A stretch of DNA of 64,000 nt from Diplonema japonicum (taxonomy: Eukaryota; Protista; Euglenozoa: Diplonemea): contig OZ025664.1 in the NCBI GenBank assembly GCA_964019335.1, positions 124,001 through 188,000 on the forward strand, written 5' to 3'. A program made the position numbers and the translations under genes. Position 1 is the stretch's first letter. Each line of letters opens with the position of its first letter. This document shows, one piece after another, positions 58,201 through 64,000 of the stretch. Under the pieces are notes generated by a model. It did no database searches. It worked only from the letters and a program-made list of their open reading frames with translations, and was not told the DNA's origin.

Positions 58201-59544
58201 CAAGACTGTCAAAGAGAGGAGCGAAGGGAGGGCAGCAGTGGAGGATGCATCCCCTCTTACGAAAGTAACAGAGGCAGTAACTAGCAAAGACACCAAATGG
58301 GTTCTTGAAGTCCTCACAAGTAATTGGACAGGCAACGCACCCCGACAGCCTGAGGATCTGCCGGTTACAGTGAGGAGCTTTAGGTTACCGCTGTCCGTTG
58401 CCATCGACTGCACCCTGAAAAGGGCTGTTGAGGCCCAAAGGTGCGACGTTGATGAGGCGATCCAAGAAGCTATGTTGTCGAAGGCACGCCTTAGTGACAC
58501 ACTAGCCGTACTGCACACCGTGTACCTTGCGATGGACAGCTTCCTGTCTTCTGAAATAGCGTACCTTGTGGACGAGGCTGCTGCGCGAAGGGCAACACCC
58601 GTCAACACTAAAGGCAGGATCAGTTTGGCGCTGCACCAGATGCGGACAGAAGTGGCCAGCAACAACCGGCACTTCGATTCGTCGGAGTTCGTGAAACTCT
58701 TCACAGTTGATGTGCAAAGCGATATTGGAACTGCGTCCGGCGGGCTGGCAGCAAGAGCGGGAAGGAACGAGTACGCAGAGGTATGACGTCAAAACTGTCG
58801 ACACCACCACAACAGGATTACATTCAAATCACATACGCACCGCCAGAGAGCCTGCGCCACATAGTGACGGATAACCATCTTCAGTATGTTGCTATGCTCT
58901 GTTCAAAGACAACTCACAGGGTGTATCAAAAAGTGCACAGATTGATGCTGGCACTGCGGTCTGCAGTACGTGTGTCTACAGGAGTTCTGAGGAAGTGTGC
59001 GAGGGTACGCTGTTCGGCGTCGTCGGTTGTGGCGTTGTGTGTACTTCGGTACGAAGTGCAGCGGATGTTGCAGGGAGTGCTGACATACCTGTCGGACGGG
59101 ATGAGGGCTGCCACCAGCAGGCTGAGTGCCGTGTTGACAGATACTAAACACCCAATGCACCCTACGAGCGTGCCTGGGTACAGAAGCATGCATTCCGTGT
59201 TCGTAGAAGGCTTACAGAGATACACCATGTTAACATCATCCTTCAAACCACAGTACAAGAAGCTGCGCGACCTCATCCGCATTGCCCTCGAGCTCCCCTC
59301 CATCGCCCTCGTCTCGCCTCCGTCCATGTCTGCAGTGCAGTCTCTCCGTTCCCAGTTCACAGAGACCCGCCAGTACATCATCGACTCCCTTGTTTCTATG
59401 CTCTACAGCACCGACGAGGACACCGTCTCCCCTGTTGTCACACAGTACAACATTGCGAACTGGCCGAAGCGCAGCCAGTGGGCCAAGGAACTGCTTGCCA
59501 GGATCGACCCCGTGGGCGCCGCCCGGGCATCGAACCTTCCATAG
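55244..59544 (+). CDS. Gamma-tubulin complex component, GCP6-like, 2 exons
   Basis: GRIP1-like N-terminal half (GSVLLQAIY...), a long coiled-coil/low-complexity insertion, then GRIP2-like PLSVAIDCTL...LSDTLAVLHTVYL...YIQITY.PP..LRHIV; intron 58781..58815. Divergent, so the subfamily call is an inference. Confidence 0.65.
57386..57484 (+). repeat. 33-bp coding tandem repeat x3 (GPPPTESSDEM)
   Basis: Seen directly in DNA and translation. Confidence 0.9.
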
Positions 59545-59567
59545 AAAGTTATTGTCTAGAATATTAC

Positions 59568-59602
<35 letters not shown>

Positions 59603-59650
59603 CCACCTTAGTAGAAAACCCACTCCGCCCCCTCCCACCGCACAGCAGGC

Positions 59651-60388
59651 ATGATGTTGGACATTGATGATGACCAGGTTGTGATACTAGACAGCAGCAG
59701 CTCGAGCAGCAATATGGATAGTGACTGCGAATCGAGTAGTGATGACGATGATGATGCCGAAGGTGAGGGAGAGGGAGAGGGGGATGGTGGGGAAGAGGAA
59801 GGAGAAATGCCTCCGCCATTGGGGGTGGAAAAAGTGGTTGTGAAGAAAAAGAAGAAGAAACGGAAGAAGAAGAAGAAGAAGACGGACAAGGTGCCGCCGC
59901 CGAAACTTATTTCAGGGAACGCAGGCAACGTGGTGATACATGTAAAGACGAAGAAGGGAAAGCCGAAGAGACCAGCGGTGATGGCAACATTCAGAAGGAC
60001 GCCTGGCGGGCAAAGCAACGGAGGGTACAGCAAGAAGAAGGTCATCGTCGACACAGGCGCCTCACGGACAGCAATCACCTCAGAAATGGCAATGGACATA
60101 TTGAAGCTAAAGCCGCAGGGCACCACCAGTGTCACGACCGGTGATGGTGTGACCAGCAAACGTATGCTAGTTCGCACCTCCATTGAGGTGTCTGGTACTG
60201 TCTCCTACGTCTGGGCCACTGTCCGCCCCCCCTCAGCTCTGAAACACTGCATTCTGGGAATCGACTGGGTTGGCATCACACGTCCCGAGTGGATCTACTC
60301 CGAAGTGAAGCGCAAATCTGTCACCTCTTTCCGCCGCACGTCTAAAGCATCGAAAGCTACTTCAAAGAAGGTTTCGCTTAAAGGTTGA
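59651..60388 (+). CDS. Retropepsin-like aspartic protease (clan AA) with acidic and poly-Lys N-terminus
   Basis: VIVDTGASRT catalytic motif, flap-like VTTGDG, and CILGIDW. Confidence 0.8.
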   Translation: MMLDIDDDQVVILDSSSSSSNMDSDCESSSDDDDDAEGEGEGEGDGGEEEGEMPPPLGVEKVVVKKKKKKRKKKKKKTDKVPPPKLISGNAGNVVIHVKTKKGKPKRPAVMATFRRTPGGQSNGGYSKKKVIVDTGASRTAITSEMAMDILKLKPQGTTSVTTGDGVTSKRMLVRTSIEVSGTVSYVWATVRPPSALKHCILGIDWVGITRPEWIYSEVKRKSVTSFRRTSKASKATSKKVSLKG

Positions 60389-60568
60389 GAAGAAGGAAAG
60401 CGGTGGGTACCAAACCCATTCAGCAACACACGTAAGGAGAAGGTGTCTATTCTCCCTCTTTATCCCCCCCCCCCCCCTAACAGTTTTTTTTGACCTTTTC
60501 CCCCTACCCTCTTAAAAGCAAACCCACTTCCACACAAAAAAGCCAGTCTTGCTTTATTTTTTTACATT

Positions 60569-60601
<33 letters not shown>

Positions 60602-60716
60602 CTTTCCACCCCTTCCAAGTTTTATCCTTTTTTAATCAAGCAAAAAAAAAATAATAAAAATAAAAAATAAAAAAGAGGAGAGAGAGAAAAAAAAAAAAGT
60701 GTCGGGGGATGAAACG

Positions 60717-61613
60717 ATGGAAACTTTCAAGAAGCATGTAAATGCAGAGAAGGTACGCTGTGCTATGGTAGGGCTCATGTGGATCTTCATGATAGCCATA
60801 ATGGGGTCGCGGAAGTCATTGTGGGCCAGAGACGGAGGAGGGTGCGGAGTGCTTGGGTGTGAAGGGTGCTGTGGTGTTCCATATGAAGGAGGCTGTGGCT
60901 ACTACGTGGAAAAGACAGGAGCGGCAACAACATGGCGGGGCTGGACACAGCAAGCATGCAGCGAAGGACCAGCCAACCTCGGGGCCTGCAGCACGGACTG
61001 CACAGATAGTCCTTGCAAACCGTTCGGCGACACTATAACAGCTTTGAAAGTATTCAGCTGGATATACCTTGTTATGCTTTGTCTTGCGACCTGCTACTGC
61101 ACGTGTACTGCCTTCGACTCGACGATCCCCATCCTTGCCAGTTTTCACGATCTTGCTTTCCACGTGGCGCACATTCTTTTGTGTATACTGTTGCTTGTCC
61201 TGTTAGCTGTGTCATTCGCTTCCTCATGGGATTGTCGTGAGGAGTCGTCGGAATGTCCTTTTGCAGTCTTTGCACCCCAAACCCCGTCCAGGTTCGACGC
61301 TTGTTCGATCAGGGCTCACCACCACCTCTCCTTTGGTTTTTACTTCCTTCTCTTCAACTTACTTGTCGAGGCTGCCATCCTCGTGTACTTTTCCAAGCAC
61401 CCCGCCATGCGGGACCAGGCTTTTCAAAACCAGGAAATCCAGCAAATACCCGTTTCCGAGGAAACCAACGCAACCCCACTCATTAGAGGTTTGCCCTTAG
61501 AGACCCCCGTCTCCGCACCGCCACTGTACACCTCCTTGCCGCGTGAAACCGTTCAAGCAGCCAATATCTCGCCTATGAGGTCCCCGCTGTTGCAAACATA
61601 TGTAAGATATTAG
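60717..61613 (+). CDS. Four-TM membrane protein with Cys-rich extracellular loop (claudin-like topology)
   Basis: Four hydrophobic segments; Cys/Gly-rich first loop; LSFGFY before the last helix. Confidence 0.7.
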   Translation: METFKKHVNAEKVRCAMVGLMWIFMIAIMGSRKSLWARDGGGCGVLGCEGCCGVPYEGGCGYYVEKTGAATTWRGWTQQACSEGPANLGACSTDCTDSPCKPFGDTITALKVFSWIYLVMLCLATCYCTCTAFDSTIPILASFHDLAFHVAHILLCILLLVLLAVSFASSWDCREESSECPFAVFAPQTPSRFDACSIRAHHHLSFGFYFLLFNLLVEAAILVYFSKHPAMRDQAFQNQEIQQIPVSEETNATPLIRGLPLETPVSAPPLYTSLPRETVQAANISPMRSPLLQTYVRY

Positions 61614-61680
61614 AAGCCGATATAAAAAAAAAAAAAAAAAAAATACGAACATAATAGTATTCCTGTAGTCTTTTTTTTTT

Positions 61681-61715
<35 letters not shown>

Positions 61716-61782
61716 ATCCTCCTTTTCCTCGTCACAACTCATTTAGGTACCTCCTCATAGCGAGGAGGAGGGAAGACATCCG

Positions 61783-62580
61783 ATGCCAGTGTTTCTGGTA
61801 TTCGGTGCGGTGTTCCTAGGGGGCGGGGCTTTGGTTGCAGGCCGAAATCGGTCTACAAGGAAGCTGACTATAGAGGAAGCGGCGAGGGCACCGACACCTG
61901 CGGTGGTCCTGTCAGACGAAGAGGGCGAGGATACAGTTCAAAGTGCACCGGCGTGCTTTAAAGCCCCGGGGAAGAACAACATGGGGAACTACGCGTCAAA
62001 GGCTCATGTTCAGAGAGCGGTTCAGAGAAGTGAGTTGCTGTGCCAAGAAGACAGCGGTGATGAGTGTAGCGAAGAAGAGCTCATTGCAGGCGGGCGGCCC
62101 TGTAGAATGTTTAAAAGAGGACATAAAAGTCTTGTACAGGACACAGTCGAGGCAGCTTGGCTGTTTGAAGAACGACCCACGCCCCCACAAGGCAGCCAGG
62201 TGATGTCGATGTTGCCTGCATCTGCATCAACACATCTCTTCATTGTGACAGAGAGCAAGCTTGGGTGGTTATATGTGTTTGAGAAGTGGAAAGATGGTGT
62301 TTCTGTTGCGAGGTTCAAGAGCCCTGATCGTGCACGGAAATCGCGTGCTGGGTTCGCCTCTCACTACCGACGGAGAAAGCACATTAAACAACTCTCCTCC
62401 ATCTCGCCTCCCAAAAATTCCCCCCTTCGTGTTTCTGACCTCCTCCTCTGGTCTGCAGAACACTCTGAGTTCCGCCAGTACACTGACAACTGTCACACTT
62501 ATGCTGTCAACCTCTCCCTCCATCTTGGCATGGAACCCCCAAAAGCTGTTTGGGAACAACTCCTTTACGAAGCTTACTAA
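61783..62580 (+). CDS. Membrane-anchored permuted papain-like (PPPDE/LRAT-type) protein
   Basis: N-terminal hydrophobic anchor; His (THLFIV) precedes the NC motif (YTDNCHTYA), the permuted NlpC/P60 order. Confidence 0.6.
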   Translation: MPVFLVFGAVFLGGGALVAGRNRSTRKLTIEEAARAPTPAVVLSDEEGEDTVQSAPACFKAPGKNNMGNYASKAHVQRAVQRSELLCQEDSGDECSEEELIAGGRPCRMFKRGHKSLVQDTVEAAWLFEERPTPPQGSQVMSMLPASASTHLFIVTESKLGWLYVFEKWKDGVSVARFKSPDRARKSRAGFASHYRRRKHIKQLSSISPPKNSPLRVSDLLLWSAEHSEFRQYTDNCHTYAVNLSLHLGMEPPKAVWEQLLYEAY

Positions 62581-62734
62581 AAAAAAAAGGAACAAAGAAA
62601 AAGATGTGCCATATTAGAAAGCCTTTCCCCCCGGGCCTATCGGTCTGTTGCAAAAAAAAAAAAAAAAAAAAAAAGAAAAGAAAAGGAATTTCCTTGATTC
62701 TTTAGTACACTCTCCTCTTTTTTATTTTGTTTTA

Positions 62735-62767
<33 letters not shown>

Positions 62768-62899
62768 GTTTATTCAGTTCCCCTTCCTTACACTATTTTA
62801 CTTTTTCTTCTTTCTCCTCTCCTCCTTTTCCTCTCTGTACATGAATTCGTGGTCTAGAACCTTGAAACGATCCACAGGGATTTTTACAAAGCAAGAAAG

Positions 62900-64000
62900 A
62901 TGAGGACGACTAGCATGATGCTGGCAGTGCTGTGCGGCATGGTGGCCATGACAGCAGGTGTTGCCACCGTTTACACACCGAAGATTGACCCTAAGAAGAA
63001 GACTGCTGTCATCCTGGCGAACGGCAAGATGAAGGCGGAATACAAGCAGTACTTCAGCTTCCTTGAGAAGTCATTGGATGTTGAATACTTGAACGGTGAC
63101 AAGAAGCTTGTGCTGAAGGCCTATGAGGAGTACCACTACGAGAACGTGATTGTGTTCGGGAACCCTTCTGGGAAGCTGGGGGCTGACTTCATCGACTTCG
63201 TGGACAGTGGAAGGAACGTGATGATCGTCGCTACTGACGAGGGCAGCAAGGCGACTGACTTCCTTACCGACGAGCTTAGGGTTGCGGCTGTGGACTGCGG
63301 CGTGGAGTTCACCACCAACATTGTGAAGGACAACTTCGCCGACTCACCGACCGTCTTGAAGGCCGACAACTTCGTGAAGTCCGCCCCCATTGTCGGTTCC
63401 AAGCCCCTCAGCGCCGTCACCTTCAAGGGTGTTGGTCTTAAGGTGGAGATCGACAACCCCCTCGTGACCCCTATCCTGAGCGCAGGTAAAACTGCCTACG
63501 TTCTTGAGGAGGAGACCTTCGGCACGGTGTACGGTGGAAACGTTGCGCTCGTTGCAGGTCTGCAGTCGAGGATCGGGTCGCGTGCTGTGTTCTCTGGTTC
63601 ATTGTCGATGTTCTCCGACAAGCTGTTCGCACAGAACGGTGAGTTTGTGAAGCGCATCACCCTGTGGGCCACGCAGCAGCACGGCATCCTCAGGTACAGT
63701 GACATCGAGGCTGTGAAGCTTGAGGACGGGCAGGAGGTCAGGGACGGCGAGATGTTCAGGATCAAGGCCCACATCAGGTTCTCGCTGACTATTGAGGAGT
63801 TCGACGGTGAGAAGGGCGAGTGGGTGCCCTTCGTGACCCCCAAGGACGACCCTGTGCAGCTTGAGTACACCATGATTGACCCTTACGTCAGGGCCGACCT
63901 CACGCAGAAGGGCACGAAGCACACCACAGACCTCCAGGCACCTGATGTGTACGGTATTTTCAAGTTTGTGGTCGACTACCGCCGCACGGGGTACAACCCC
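62900..64000 (+). CDS. WBP1: Oligosaccharyltransferase 48-kDa subunit (WBP1/OST48), 3'-truncated by the window
   Basis: Not in the ORF track because it has no stop in the window. Manual translation from ATG 62900: signal peptide, LVAGLQSRIGSRAVFSGSLSMFSD, VQLEYTMIDPYVR, PDVYGIFKFVVDYRRTGY. Confidence 0.93.
   Translation, partial: MRTTSMMLAVLCGMVAMTAGVATVYTPKIDPKKKTAVILANGKMKAEYKQYFSFLEKSLDVEYLNGDKKLVLKAYEEYHYENVIVFGNPSGKLGADFIDFVDSGRNVMIVATDEGSKATDFLTDELRVAAVDCGVEFTTNIVKDNFADSPTVLKADNFVKSAPIVGSKPLSAVTFKGVGLKVEIDNPLVTPILSAGKTAYVLEEETFGTVYGGNVALVAGLQSRIGSRAVFSGSLSMFSDKLFAQNGEFVKRITLWATQQHGILRYSDIEAVKLEDGQEVRDGEMFRIKAHIRFSLTIEEFDGEKGEWVPFVTPKDDPVQLEYTMIDPYVRADLTQKGTKHTTDLQAPDVYGIFKFVVDYRRTGYNP

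Noticed and set aside
1270-64000. Alternative genetic code or stop-codon readthrough
   Set aside because: Every internal stop in recognisable genes is explained by a GT-AG intron (or one frameshift), and TAA, TAG and TGA all terminate conserved proteins.

Overview
Eukaryotic nuclear DNA, most consistent with a free-living euglenozoan, probably a diplonemid. This is an inference from three things: a kinetoplastid-style eL34 lacking the Zn-finger cysteines, a kinetoplastid-type TUTase, and features trypanosomatids lack (WBP1, HisA, riboflavin genes and many short GT-AG introns). About 24 protein genes all lie on the + strand, often only 80-170 nt apart and usually preceded by a YACAG acceptor, which suggests polycistronic transcription with trans-splicing. 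The spacers are rich in homopolymer runs and contain transposon relics (a pogo-like DDE fragment, two LINE fragments and a 473-bp MITE). Highlights: (1) a P-class PPR protein with a mitochondrial-type N-terminus whose C-terminal DYW-like deaminase domain appears only after two introns are spliced out, making it a candidate organellar RNA-editing deaminase; (2) directly downstream, an array of 13 box C/D snoRNA copies from three families; (3) a riboflavin synthase-RibD fusion; (4) 12 of 13 inferred introns lie in the last ~22% of their genes; (5) nested RRM/WWE insertions inside an LRR cap; (6) a ~2,300-aa bacterial-type cadherin-like/Big_9 surface protein. All calls come from manual reading; no database searches were run.
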